Of a DNA stretch of 64,000 nucleotides, positions 11,676 through 22,886 are shown piece by piece; position 1 is the first letter of the stretch, and each line of letters opens with the position of its first letter. Below the pieces are notes generated by a model. It saw nothing but the letters and a program-made list of their open reading frames with translations. It did no database searches and was not told the DNA's origin. The stretch is from Chrysochromulina tobinii (taxonomy: Eukaryota). The DNA lies in assembly GCA_001275005.1 (NCBI GenBank), contig JWZX01002881.1:1-64000 (forward strand), read 5' to 3'. Made by a program: the position numbers and the translations under genes.

Positions 11676-13315
11676 ATGGCGCCCGCTCCTGCGCCCGCCG
11701 CTGCCTTGGCAGTCTCCGAGCCGCCCTCCACCCGGCCATCGGGGAGCTCATGCGTCTGGGTCGCGAATCTGCACATCCGCAAGTGCGGTGGCACGACCGT
11801 GCGGTCCGTCTTCTCCAACATGTCCAACTGGACGCAGCTTGGGGGCTATTGCTCCGCGTCCAAGTTTGGCGACAGCAGCAAGAGCTGGAGCCAATTCGTG
11901 AATAGCTCCGAACGCGACGTGAATAGCTGGATGTATCAACACTACGTCACGTCCCACAACAACACGGGCAAGTTCTGGAGCGAGGTGCACTGCGACGAGG
12001 ACGTGAGCAACTTCAACGCGGGCGTGCGGCAGATGCGCGCCATGCTTGCACCCAAAGGGTGCCGCGTGATCACGACGCTGCTGCTGCGCGAGCCGGTCGA
12101 CCAACTGGTGAGTGACTGGACCTACTTCCGCCAAGACCCGGACAAGGTACGCACGAGCAGGCCGTCCGAGTGGGCGCCGAGGAAGCCCGAGAACCTGCTG
12201 CGATGGATGGCCGAGTCGCAGCGCGACTTTTGGACCGAGTCGGATCGCTCGCCCACGGCCCCGTGGCACGAGGCGAGATGGAATCCCATCAAGTTCCACG
12301 TCAACGGCACCACCGACACGTACCCGGTGCCACAGCTCCGCAAGTCATGCGCCGAGGCGCTCGCATTCTTCGAAGCCCAGATCGCCCAGATCGACCACGT
12401 GGGCGTGATCGACACCGCCGAGCAGTTTGCACAGTGGTGGCTTCTGCTCGCAGACGATGCGGGCTTCGATGCGGCAGTAGCGACGAGCGCGAGGCAGAAC
12501 ACGCGCATGCAAGTCTCGGTGCGCGACCGCCCGCGGCCCTCCCTTGTATGACGACTCAGCCGTTGGGGGTCTGCATGCAAGTGCTCACCACGGCGCGCCC
12601 GCACTCCCTACAGGTGCGCGACCGCTCGCGGCCCCTACCGCCGAAGGTCAGCGATGCAGAGCGGCAGGTGATGGCCGCTCTGAATGCATGCTCGACTCGT
12701 CTCCATCAATTCGCAAAGGATATCCTCGCCGCGCGCGTCGATGGCACGATCGCGGTCTTGAGCGCTGCCGTGAGCGCTGCCGCCGCCGACCGCCGCTTCC
12801 ACACGCGCCAGTCCGACATAGCCATCGCCCGGTCGCTCGGCGCAGCCGTGCATGCACCGGTACCGGTACCCGACATAGCCATCGCCCGGTCGCTCGGCGC
12901 AGCCGTGCATGCACTGGTACCGGTACCCGACATAGCCATCGCCCGGTCGCTCGGCGCAGCCGTGCGTGCACCGGTACCGGTACACAAAGCGAGCACCAGC
13001 CTCGCAGAGGACGACACAAGCGTGTACGCGCGCGCAAGGCGCTTGGTGCAGCTATGGGGCGGCGAGAACCTCGCGAGCCTAGAGGCGCTTCACGTGGATC
13101 TCGATGAGGAGGAGGAGGAGGAGGAGGAGGAGGAGGACGAGGAGGAGGCGGGGGAGGGCCTGGACTCTTCCGACTCGTACTTGTACACGCTCAAGCCCTC
13201 TCACGAGATCGACCCCAGCTTGAATCCACCGTACAGCTATCTCTCCTACGGGGGTGGGCCGGAGCGTCCCCCCGGACTCGACCCGAGCTACAACGGCGGG
13301 GAGCCGCACCAGTGA
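11676..13315 (+). CDS. Sulfotransferase-like protein (Sulfotransfer_2 type); intron 12519-12613
   Basis: LHIRKCGGTT (5'-PSB-like) and LLREPVDQLVS (3'-PB-like). The splice joins ORF 11634 to ORF 12170 in frame. Confidence 0.7.
12812..12985 (+). repeat. 57-bp coding tandem repeat x3 (DIAIARSLGAAVHAPVPVP)
   Basis: Three near-identical units seen directly. Confidence 0.9.
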
Positions 13316-13658
13316 GAGCTACGTCGATCGTCGAGCGCCTCCCGGCCACGGTGTAGTAAGGGTGTAGTTGAGTGTTTTAGCGTTACTAGGGATAGCAAGG
13401 GTCCATTCCCGTCCCTTTATGCTCTAAAAGTCAAGCTCTCATCCGATCCAGTATCCTGCAACTACACGTGTCCGACTTCCTTGAAACTCACCTAATGGCA
13501 TGCCTAATGGTTGCCCATGGCCATGCGAAACCGTGTCATAACCGTGGCGGGCGTTCCTGCCTAGTGTGGGGGTGTCGTTACAGAGTTCCTCGCCTAGTGG
13601 GGGTGCCTGCTAACACTTTGCGTGCCGTATCCACAATCTTCGTGCGCATATTAGGATT

Positions 13659-16600
13659 TTAGCTTTTGGCTGCCGGCATGCGACGACTTCTTTCGGGCCA
13701 GGGCAGCCGATGGCACGAGCAAGTGATCTTGTCCCCGCGGTTGGGCGCCTGGGTATTGGCGGTGCCCTGGGTATTGTCCCCTGGGTATTGTTCCCTAGGT
13801 ATTGTCCCCTGGGTATTGCCGGTGCCGTCGTCGCTGCCGCCGCGCTGCCGCGAGAAGCGCACGAGCTGAAGCTGGTGATCGAGCTGCTGCGGGAGCCGCT
13901 CGAAGGCAAGCTTGGCGAGCGGCAGGTGTGACGGGATCCAGTCGAAAACGAAGATTCCGCTCACGTCGCTCACGTCATACACGGAGGCAACTTGGCTGAT
14001 GGCCCCGGCGTACCTCGCAAACGGGCAGCGCTCGAGCAAGCCAGCGTCCTCGTGAAGTAGAGCACGAAAGCGCTCTTGCTGGCGGAGCATCGATGGCACC
14101 GTCTTGAAGCGGCAGTTGGCGGCGGATTTCGAGAGCACGAGGTGGAGCGCTATGTGTGGAGGCCATTTCTCGGCCTTTGAGTCGCCTCCAGGCCATCTTG
14201 TGGCCGAGGGCACTTCGAACGAGGCATTGTTGCAGAACTGCTGGACAGCTTGGAAACGCAGCGCCGCCTGCTGACTTTCGTCTTTGCACTTAGGCCGGGT
14301 CGACGTCGTCCACGCATCAAACGCATGAGCTCCGATCACGTGCGTCGATCCGCGCAGGACAAACCCGAAGCTGTTGGCGTACGTGGCGTACTCCACGTTG
14401 ATCGAGCCCGCGCGTAGCACCGAGGTGGGCCGCGGCCCTGCAGAGCCGACCCAAGGTCCATCCCGCAGGAGGGCCGGTGAAGTCTCAGCCCGTGCGCAGT
14501 TTCTGAATTGTTGGACCCGCGAGTCGCTCGCGTTGGCCGAAGCCATCGCGAGCAGCGGTGCACCATATGCCGGCGGGTAGAAGGAGCTCGCGTGACCGGG
14601 TCCGTAGCGCTCGATGGGGAGATGCAGTGTCGTGTCATCCTCCAGTACGGTGCTCGCGTTCGGAAGCGAGGACCAGTTGCCTTCACACTCGAATGCTCGC
14701 ACGAGCATGCCTTTCGAGCGAAATTGAAAGCAGGGCTCGCAGTCAGGCGTACCTGTGCTCGCATCATGCTGTGATCGCCGCATGGCACCTCGTGGACGGA
14801 GACTGCTAAGGTCCCTGGTCAACAAGGAGATGGGCATGGGCACGGCCAAGCACAGGGGCTCGACCGGCGACGTTGACGAAGACGATCGGGACGATCCGAG
14901 TTGTAGCACAAAGTCCTCCGACGGGCGTGACGCCGGCGAGGCACCAGCGAGACCGGATGCATGCGCCGGCGAGGCACCAGCGAGAGGGTCGAGCGAGACC
15001 GGATGCACGCGCCGGAACTGCTGGTTCTCGTACTGGTCGGAGCGACAGCGCGACCACACCAGCGGCGCACCCTCGTGGATCTCGCCCTTCCACACCGAGA
15101 GGCAAAGCGGGTAGCGGTAGGTCAGCGAGCCATTCGTGCACAACCCAAAGGGAGTGCACTGCGCCGTCTCATCCGTTTCCAAGGCCCAGTCGTCCGCAGA
15201 AAGATGGCAGTGCTTGCAGCCGCGGCACTTGCAGTAGCGGCACTGGCCGAGTTTGCTCTCATCACACCAGTCCTCGCAGTCCTCGGTCGCCTTGTCGCCT
15301 CGGTTCTGGTAGATGGAGCTGCATGCTTGCCCAATGAAGCTCGAGCGCCGCTCCTGCCTATGCAGCACTCGATTCCTCCTCAGCTCTCTCGCCGCCTCTG
15401 AGAGTGGCGCCCGATGGCGGCCCTTACCCTTCCCTCGTGTATGCTCTCCACTGAACTTGCCACGGCCCATGCCCATATTAGGCAACTGACGGCCCATGCC
15501 ACCACCCTTGCCGCCGCCGCCCTTGCCGCCGCCGCCCTTGCTCTTGCCTTGGCCCTTGCCATGACCGGCCTGTTCACTGTGATTGTGGCCGGTGGCGTTC
15601 AAGCGTCTCCTGACCGCCGCCTCTGCTAGCCATGAGGCACTTTTGGCCGGGCTCTCTCCCGTGCTGACTATGACGGAACTGACGGAGCTGACGGAGCTGA
15701 CGGAACTGACGGAGCTGCTCTCTCCCGTGCTGACAATGTGGGTCTGGGCCAATCGGCCAGTAGGGAATCCACGGCCGGCGCTCGCGATGGCGCTCAATCG
15801 GCCAGTAGGGAATCCATGGCCGGTAGGGAATCCATGGCCGGCGCTCGCGATGGCGCTCAATCGGCCAGTAGGGAATCCACGGCCGGCGCTCGCGATGGCG
15901 CTCAATCGGCCAGTAGGGAATCCATGGCCGGTAGGGAATCCATGGCCGGTGCTCGCGATGGCGCTCGCGGGGATGCTGCCCGAAGGACCGTCCTCGTGAT
16001 GTTGGAAGGTAATCAGTGACTCGTCCAACAACCCAGGCCGTGCGTGGGGGTCGCCGAGGGCTGCGGCGTCTGAAGTGGGGCATGGCCAGAGCTGCGCGAG
16101 CGCCTGATCGGGCAGCCGCGGCGCACGCGAGGGGCCGACGCGTAGGCAGTAGTGCGCGCTAGCCTCTGTCGCCACGCTCGCGCCCACAACTTTTGGCACT
16201 GTGATCCTCAACTGCCCACCCAGGCCGCTCGGGAAGCTTTCATTCCGCCATACCATCCACCAATGGGCGCCCTCCGCCGGTCGATGCGTCACGGAGCACT
16301 TGACTAGCTGCACCGGCATGCCCCACAGAGCCTCCCGCAGCGCCTGCGCCCGCGCAGCACGCGACACAGCTGTTGTTGCGGCGGCGGCCGATGGGATTGC
16401 CGCGCTGACGGAACTGACGGGACTGACGGAACTGACGGAACCGGCGGCGGCAGATGGGATTGCCGTGCTGACGGTGCTGACGGTGCTGACGGAACTGACG
16501 GAGCCGGCGGCGGCCGATGGGATTGCCGTGCTGACGATGCGTGCCCACTTAGCCGCGTCCTGGTGCATGAGCTCTGCGGCCCGACGCGTAGGATGGAAGT

Positions 16601-17594
16601 CTTCGACGACGATGCGCGAGCGCGAGCACTCGGTGGAGGCGCCAAGGGCCGCATGCTGCATCGCGTAGGCTGCCTTGCGGATCAACCACTGGCGCAGCTT
16701 TGCGGTCTGATAGCGATCGACGACGCGCGAGCCACCACTTGATTCACCTGCCCCAAAGACGTCGCGCGAGCTGCTCGTCGGCTTGCGCGGTCGGCTGAGG
16801 CCCACATCGGGAACCTTGGGCGGCTGGCCTAGGGCGCCCAGCAGCGCAATCGACGTAAGCAGCGGTCGGAAAAAGTTGCGCTCGTGCTCGATGTGCACGA
16901 TCGGGTGCTCGTAGAGCGGCCAGCCGCGCACGTCGAGTCGCAAGCTCCTGACCTGCAGCCCGAGCGTGGCAATGCGCGGACCCCACGCGTGGCTGTGGAC
17001 GAGCAGCCACTGCAGCACGTGCTGCTCGTAGTCGTGCTCCGTATGGAAGCGGCCGCCGGGTAAGTGCCACCACAGGCGCAACAGACGCTGGGTCGCCGGC
17101 GTGTTGCGCCAAAAGTGCACGCCGCCATTGGGTCCAAAGCTATTGGGACGGTCGGATGCAAAGGCAGCATCCCACGTCGCACTCGCGTTGCCTGCAAATG
17201 CTCTGAGGACGCGTGGCAGAGACACTGATGCGTTTTGAAAGAAAGCATCACTGTCAAAGAATGCAACGAGCTCATAGCCGCGCGCCAGCGCCTCTGCAAC
17301 CGCAATCAACTTGCAATAGCTTGGATGTCGCTCGCCGAGCAGCAGATGATGGCACACAGTACCGCGCATGCGCAAGTACAGCAAGTCCAGTCCATGCCTG
17401 CACGCGTACCGTCGATTGATCTCGAAGGCAAATTGCGCGTACGATGGCCATGCTGTGGTAGCCGGGCGAGTGTCCATCATGACGATCGCAATCGTGGATG
17501 CCATCTTCTCGGCCGCCTGGGTGCACAGCCGCAGTGAAGAAATAACGGTTAAAAAACTACCTAGAAAGCATGCAAGCAGCAGCTCTCCGGCCAC
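13659..17594 (-). CDS. Large protein with an N-terminal GT34-like (GMA12/MNN10) glycosyltransferase, ricin-B-like and Cys-rich segments; start uncertain (first ATG at 17504)
   Basis: 1311-codon ORF. FFDSDAFF (DxD), NGGVHFWRNT and DYEQHVL motifs. CLSVWKGEIHEGAPLVWSRC..NQQF resembles a ricin repeat. Confidence 0.65.
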   Translation of the reverse strand: MAGELLLACFLGSFLTVISSLRLCTQAAEKMASTIAIVMMDTRPATTAWPSYAQFAFEINRRYACRHGLDLLYLRMRGTVCHHLLLGERHPSYCKLIAVAEALARGYELVAFFDSDAFFQNASVSLPRVLRAFAGNASATWDAAFASDRPNSFGPNGGVHFWRNTPATQRLLRLWWHLPGGRFHTEHDYEQHVLQWLLVHSHAWGPRIATLGLQVRSLRLDVRGWPLYEHPIVHIEHERNFFRPLLTSIALLGALGQPPKVPDVGLSRPRKPTSSSRDVFGAGESSGGSRVVDRYQTAKLRQWLIRKAAYAMQHAALGASTECSRSRIVVEDFHPTRRAAELMHQDAAKWARIVSTAIPSAAAGSVSSVSTVSTVSTAIPSAAAGSVSSVSPVSSVSAAIPSAAAATTAVSRAARAQALREALWGMPVQLVKCSVTHRPAEGAHWWMVWRNESFPSGLGGQLRITVPKVVGASVATEASAHYCLRVGPSRAPRLPDQALAQLWPCPTSDAAALGDPHARPGLLDESLITFQHHEDGPSGSIPASAIASTGHGFPTGHGFPTGRLSAIASAGRGFPTGRLSAIASAGHGFPTGHGFPTGRLSAIASAGRGFPTGRLAQTHIVSTGESSSVSSVSSVSSVSSVIVSTGESPAKSASWLAEAAVRRRLNATGHNHSEQAGHGKGQGKSKGGGGKGGGGKGGGMGRQLPNMGMGRGKFSGEHTRGKGKGRHRAPLSEAARELRRNRVLHRQERRSSFIGQACSSIYQNRGDKATEDCEDWCDESKLGQCRYCKCRGCKHCHLSADDWALETDETAQCTPFGLCTNGSLTYRYPLCLSVWKGEIHEGAPLVWSRCRSDQYENQQFRRVHPVSLDPLAGASPAHASGLAGASPASRPSEDFVLQLGSSRSSSSTSPVEPLCLAVPMPISLLTRDLSSLRPRGAMRRSQHDASTGTPDCEPCFQFRSKGMLVRAFECEGNWSSLPNASTVLEDDTTLHLPIERYGPGHASSFYPPAYGAPLLAMASANASDSRVQQFRNCARAETSPALLRDGPWVGSAGPRPTSVLRAGSINVEYATYANSFGFVLRGSTHVIGAHAFDAWTTSTRPKCKDESQQAALRFQAVQQFCNNASFEVPSATRWPGGDSKAEKWPPHIALHLVLSKSAANCRFKTVPSMLRQQERFRALLHEDAGLLERCPFARYAGAISQVASVYDVSDVSGIFVFDWIPSHLPLAKLAFERLPQQLDHQLQLVRFSRQRGGSDDGTGNTQGTIPREQYPGDNTQGTANTQAPNRGDKITCSCHRLPWPERSRRMPAAKS
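15660..15965 (-). repeat. Coding tandem repeats (TGRLSAIASAGHGFP units; SSV 9-bp units)
   Basis: Seen directly in DNA and protein. Confidence 0.85.
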
Positions 17595-18361
17595 TCTATC
17601 CTACCCTGCAGGCTACCGGGGTACTCGGTTGCGCTTGTGTTTGTTTCGACGAATTACAGTACCAGGATCGGGTATCCCGGGGGGAGCCAGACACTTTCGA
17701 TGGGCCGAGGCACGGCTCCCACTCAGCGCAGCAGGCGCGTCCTCGCGGGCTTTCGTGCCAGCTTATGTTGTATGATAATTCAGGTCAGTCGTTGTCTTGG
17801 AGCATGGAGGTCGTGTGGTCGTCCTCTCGTCGCGGTGTGGGCTGTGGCGAGATATGCCTGGCGCAAGTTCTGAGGAAGAGCGCGCGGTGGGTGACGGAGT
17901 TTTTTAGAGTTTTTGCGGCGCCCTGCGAGTCATTCTGATTCCGGTTGTGCCTCTCGATCTCGCCCGCCTGCGCCTCTCGCCGGGGCCCGGCGCGGGGCGG
18001 GGCCACACGCGCACGTCAACACCGCGTGTGAGCACTGTCATGCCGCACACCAGTGCCGGGTCCAATGCAGACGCCCCGGTGCAACTCCTGGATCCCGGGG
18101 GCGTGCCCCCAAATCGAAAAACATAAACAGCCCGCTTAGGCGTGGCACTCGGCTTTGGGGTAATGGTATGGGGAGGCGCCCTTCATTCTGCTGAGCGATC
18201 CGCATGCTATCCAGAATCCACATCCCCCGGGCCCCCAGCATGTCCCCCCATCCCTTCGGCTTCGCATGGGCCGTCATTCTCCCAGCTGCTGGGGGCTCTT
18301 CATCAGGTCTTCATGCACCCTGGCCTCGTACTTCATACTTCTTCGGGATGTGTTCATGGTA

Positions 18362-19315
18362 TCAGTCGAGGTCGAGGACGACATGATTGTGAAACACGGG
18401 TTTGCCATCGGCCCCGAACACGGGAGTCGTCGTGGGGATTGTGTTGATGATGATGGGTTTGCCATCGACCCCGAACACGGGACTCGTCGTGGGGATTGTG
18501 TTGATGATGGGGGCCTGTGATGGAGCTGCGGGAGTCGTCGCGGGCATATTGACTGCGACGACGGGGGACTGTGATGATGGCTGCGCCGCGGAAATGAAGG
18601 CTTCGTTCATCCCCAAGTCGTAAGTCGGCGCAGAAATCAGTTGGCCCCCACGCTCGGTCATCCGGGTGCGCTTGCGGCGCCAGCACACAAATCCAAGGAT
18701 GGCGACGCCGAGGACGCCGAGGACGCTGACGAGGACGCTGACGTCGATGGTAATGCCGGCGCCGACGGAGAGAGGCGGCGGCGGTCGCGGCGGCGGTCGC
18801 GGCGGCGGTCGCGGCGGCGGTCGCGGCGGCGGTGGCGGTGGCATGCATGCATCAGGAAAGAGGCGGTTTGTAGCTTGCGTTGTTCTCGACTTCATGGACA
18901 CCACTCCATTCTTCTCGACGGTGTAGTCGAATGTAACTTCCGATGCAGGAATAGCATAGCAGGAGCTGTCCCCCGAGACCGTGGGCGTTCCGATGGGGAT
19001 CTGTGTCACTTGGCTCCCCGAGTAGGAGTAACGACCGCTGCCGCAGGCGTCACAGTATTTGCGCGAGCCGTCAAAGGTTAAGTGCAAATTGGACGTCCAC
19101 GATGAACCTCCCTTAGCGACGGTAAGGCCGCAGGTAACCGAAGAGCAGGTGATCATGCCTTTCAAGATGTAGGGAGTGCACGAGCAGGGAGTGATGTTAT
19201 AGCAATTATCCGGGATGGCGCCCGTGGCGACAGAGACGCGTGTCAATAGGGCAACGAAGGGCAGCATCGCCGTCGTAAAAAAGACGCGAATCCCTAGGTC
19301 GTAACTCACGGCCAT
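18362..19315 (-). CDS. Single-pass membrane protein with a Cys-rich ectodomain, poly-Pro stalk, TM helix and duplicated tail motif
   Basis: Signal-like N-terminus, about 9 Cys, PPPR repeats, VLVSVLGVLGVAILGFVCW-RRKR, and IINTIPTT.PVFG.DGKP twice. Confidence 0.7.
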   Translation of the reverse strand: MAVSYDLGIRVFFTTAMLPFVALLTRVSVATGAIPDNCYNITPCSCTPYILKGMITCSSVTCGLTVAKGGSSWTSNLHLTFDGSRKYCDACGSGRYSYSGSQVTQIPIGTPTVSGDSSCYAIPASEVTFDYTVEKNGVVSMKSRTTQATNRLFPDACMPPPPPPRPPPRPPPRPPPRPPPPLSVGAGITIDVSVLVSVLGVLGVAILGFVCWRRKRTRMTERGGQLISAPTYDLGMNEAFISAAQPSSQSPVVAVNMPATTPAAPSQAPIINTIPTTSPVFGVDGKPIIINTIPTTTPVFGADGKPVFHNHVVLDLD

Positions 19316-19546
19316 GGTGTGAATGTGTGTGCGTGAATGTGAATGTGTGTCTGTGTGAAATAAAACAGGACCCACAGTACAGCGGCGCTCATGCAGGCGC
19401 GTCCCCGGGGGCGCGCTTACATGACTACTGGCAATAGGCCAGCAAGCGGGGGCCGGGGCGCCGACAACGGACAACGGAAAAACTCACAGACACATGAGAA
19501 GCGCGACCACGGCGTCTCTCATCCCCTTGCTGACTGGGGGGGCTCG

Positions 19547-20874
19547 TCACGCGAAGTCTGACATGTCGCCCGTGATCGCCCTCACGAGCTTGGCAGTGTC
19601 CGCAGCAATCGACGGGTCCTCGAGCTCAAAGGCCTTGATCTGGTACATGGCCTCCATCAGGCCTTCCGGCTTGAAGCCATACTCTCTGAGCGGCACTGCC
19701 ATCATCTCCTGCACCGCCGGATAGATCTTGAACATGCGCATCATCATCCTCGACTCGGGCGGCGCGGACTCGCACTCGGCGACCAGCGCCGTGAGCTTCG
19801 CCTTGTTGTCGGGCTGCGTGCAGGTCGCGAGCACCTACCCGGGCAGCGTGCACCATGGCAATGAGATGTCATCAAAGGCAATCAGATGTCATTAAGAGCC
19901 TCACAGCCCCCACTTCAACCGGCAGCGCGCGTGACACCGATGCATCAGATGCACTCAATGGCGCTCCATAGCAATCAGATGCACTCAATGGCGCTCCATA
20001 GCAATCAGATGCACTCAATGGCGCTCCATAGCAATCAGATGCACTCAATGGCGCTCCATAGCAATCAGATGCACTCAATGGCGCTCCATCGCAATCGACC
20101 GCACTCCATCGGAATCGAACCATCGATCACAATCAGAGGTCATCAAAGGCAATCAGTAGTCATCAAAGGCACCTTGTCGAGCAGCGTGCGTCCCGTCCTC
20201 ACTGTGAGCGCGGGCGGCCCCGGAGCTGATGACGTGTCCCATCCGGTGGGGGACGTGAAGCTGTACGCGGTGCCCGCGTGCGTGTGGTTCGCGATCTGTA
20301 TGCTCGTGCAGCAGCTGCACCAGAAGCCGCAGCAGCAGTCTTCGCATGCGTTGGTGCCCGGGAGTGGATGCCCGTCAACGCCCCGGGCGTTGGTGCAGCA
20401 CCCCATCGGGTCGGTGACGCAACATTCGGCGGGGATTCCGTCAACTTCGCGCACCTTGGATCGCGTGGTGCACACGAGGTACGTGATGAGGCTCAGGTTG
20501 GCAATCCCGACAAGTTCCACGAGCGTCAGGTGGATGATCCCTACCTCGAAGATCTCCAAGTTGAAGATCGAAATGTGAAAGATATCGCAGATCGGTCCGA
20601 GGATGTTGAATACGACATGAGCAGACCACAAGCTCCACAAGATGATGGACCATTTCAGGCAAGAGCCTGCCTCGCCAAAGACGCGTTGCCACATCTGCGG
20701 GATGAAGATGCAATAGCAGCACCAGCCCGCGACGCAAGTGCAGCACGACCGGCAGCAATCGCACAGGCCTGCTCGCCATCTCTTGTGAGGCACGCCATCG
20801 ACGGCATAGTAGGCGGGCGAGCCCGGTGCAGCCGGTGTCGCGGCCACTGGAATGAGTGGTGTATTCTCCTTCAT
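19547..20874 (-). CDS. PLAC8-family protein with a C-terminal protein-C10-like domain; intron 19835-20172
   Basis: WRAGLCDCC...GWCCYC and EDCCCGFWCSCCTSIQ (PLAC8). Splicing gives LTVRTGRTLLDK|VLATCTQPDN...YGFKPEGL...EDPSIA (C10-like). Confidence 0.7.
19942..20095. repeat. 30-bp intronic tandem repeat x5 (atcagatgcactcaatggcgctccatagca)
   Basis: Seen directly. Confidence 0.9.
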
Positions 20875-21181
20875 GGCGCGCCTATGCGCAGCGCATGGGC
20901 AGGGGTTTGGCCTCTCATGGAGCCTATTTAGGTGCCTAGAAACATGTCAATAGATTGCCTTTTTTGGAGTAAGGTTCTGTTGTGGGTTATTGCTCAGAAG
21001 CTGCGCCCCCCTTGTCGTCTGCCTTGTGCCCGCACTTGTACAGAGACTTTTCGACTGTTTCAGACGTTCCGATTCAGGCAATTTCGTCAAAAACGAAACG
21101 AAATTAAAGGTGTCGTTGATGAAGAATCCTTCTTTGTGCTTCGGAAAACAGTGTCGGCTTCATCATTCATCGCCCGGGTGG

Positions 21182-22081
21182 ATGCAGTCGCCCCGCAGCG
21201 TGATCATGACCCCCGAAAGCACGCGGGAGAGTCCGCCAGTGAAGCGACAGCTCTTCCTTCTCACTGCCGCGCTGAACAGCTCGTGGGACTTGACCCCCTC
21301 TCAAACCGAGGCGATGTGGGTTCACGCTGAAGCCCTGCAGAAGCAGAGTGAAGATGCTGTAGACGGCAAGCGGGTGACCAGGCGAAGATTCGCGGGCGTG
21401 CTCGCGCTCCTTGCCTGCATCACGATCGTGGCGCTTGTCGGCAGACCTCGCGATTCACTCTTGCCCATCGATTCGTCTCCAGTGGCACACCAAACGTCGG
21501 CTGCGCGGATTGATTCCAACAAGAAGCGCGACGAGGCCAGCGACGCTACAATGCAGCTGCGGCGCAAGATGGCCAGGATGGATCAGAAGATTCGCGAGGA
21601 GAAGGCGAGGTTGAAGGCGGAGAGCGAGCCAGCGGAAGAGGCCCAACCTCAGCTGCCGTCTGGATCCATCACGCGGCGCTCGAAGCCCATGGCGGCGGTG
21701 GCAAAGGCTACGCGCGTGGCCGTTCCGCTCATGGCGTCAGTGACAGTCCTTTGCCAAGCGCTCCTCCCCACCCTCATCCTGGTGCCTTCTTCGCAGTCCG
21801 TACTCGTACCGCTCGTGGCAGCGGCGCTCACGCGGGCGGCGACGGTCGGTCTGGGCGTGCGCGTGATCACTCACGGAAAGCTCGGCACCGTCTGGCACAC
21901 CCTCGCCTCCACGCCACTCCTCACGCCACAGCTCTTCATCGCCAACGTCGTCGCCACGTGGAGCCGTCAACGGTTCAAGTCGACGACGAGATGGATCGAG
22001 CAGCGGCCGCACGCGCTGAGGCGGTGGATCGACCGTCAAGCTTCGAGGCTTGTGCCGGTCGTCGTTCGGCACCACGTGTGA
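21182..22081 (+). CDS. Hypothetical membrane protein with a coiled coil
   Basis: Long ORF with hydrophobic segments and coding-like GC3. No family recognised. Confidence 0.5.
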   Translation: MQSPRSVIMTPESTRESPPVKRQLFLLTAALNSSWDLTPSQTEAMWVHAEALQKQSEDAVDGKRVTRRRFAGVLALLACITIVALVGRPRDSLLPIDSSPVAHQTSAARIDSNKKRDEASDATMQLRRKMARMDQKIREEKARLKAESEPAEEAQPQLPSGSITRRSKPMAAVAKATRVAVPLMASVTVLCQALLPTLILVPSSQSVLVPLVAAALTRAATVGLGVRVITHGKLGTVWHTLASTPLLTPQLFIANVVATWSRQRFKSTTRWIEQRPHALRRWIDRQASRLVPVVVRHHV

Positions 22082-22698
22082 GCAGCGCTTGCATGCTTGA
22101 GCTATGGCACGCGGGCGCATACAGGGGAACGGCTGAGCTTGACGACGAAAAGCACATCTCGCGTCGCGTGCGTGGTAGATTCTGATAGCCAGATTCACCG
22201 AACTTGAGTGGACGCTTGAGTGGAACACATTTAGAACATAGAATTCGTGTGCGGGCCGCGCCGGCCGCGCATACGAAAAAAGTTCTCGAAGATACGAAAC
22301 ATCGTCGGATGAATGTGATTGCGGCGATCCGGCGGATCATAATCATGATCATAATATTGCGTACGTACGGGTACGCTCCGTTCTTCTCGGTTCAGCGATC
22401 TTCTGAGCGCGTGGTGATACGCGACGTGGTAAGGGGCTACCCCCTTCCCCCTTCGGCCGGCTTGCGGCTAGCGGCTTCAAACCGGCTAGCGCGTTCCTGG
22501 CCGCTGGCGGCCAAATAGAATCCCACCTACTAAACTTGGTTGCATTCAACTTCACACGCCACGGGGGCGGGGGCTGAACCTGGGGGGGGGGGGGCATTAT
22601 GAGGAGGAGTCCCTTCAACTGGTGGGCTGCGGGTAGGTCTGACCTACCCCCTTACTGGCGGGCCGGGGCGGAGCTCTACGCCCCGCCGCACGGCCCTC

Positions 22699-22842
22699 GG
22701 TCAGCTTGTAACGGCCACCGGTCAGCTTATAACGGCCACCGGTCAGCTTGTAACGGCCACCGGTCAGCTTATAACGGCCCTCGGTCAGCTTATAACGGCC
22801 ACCGGTCAGCTTGTAACGGCCCTCGGTCAGCTTATAACGGCC
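22699..22842. repeat. 21-bp tandem repeat, about 7 copies (ggtcagctt[a/g]taacggcc[a/c][c/t]c)
   Basis: Seen directly. Confidence 0.9.
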
Positions 22843-22849
22843 ATCGGGG

Positions 22850-22886
<37 letters not shown>

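Noticed and set aside
13748..13820. gggtattgtcccct repeats at the 3' end of the GT34 gene as an intron
   Set aside because: No convincing donor, cassette or acceptor, and the ORF reads through. Left as a low-complexity tail.
19942..20095. Regular repeat arrays (also 22699-22842 and 30930-31022) as CRISPR
   Set aside because: No unique spacers, no cas genes, and a eukaryotic intronic or UTR context.
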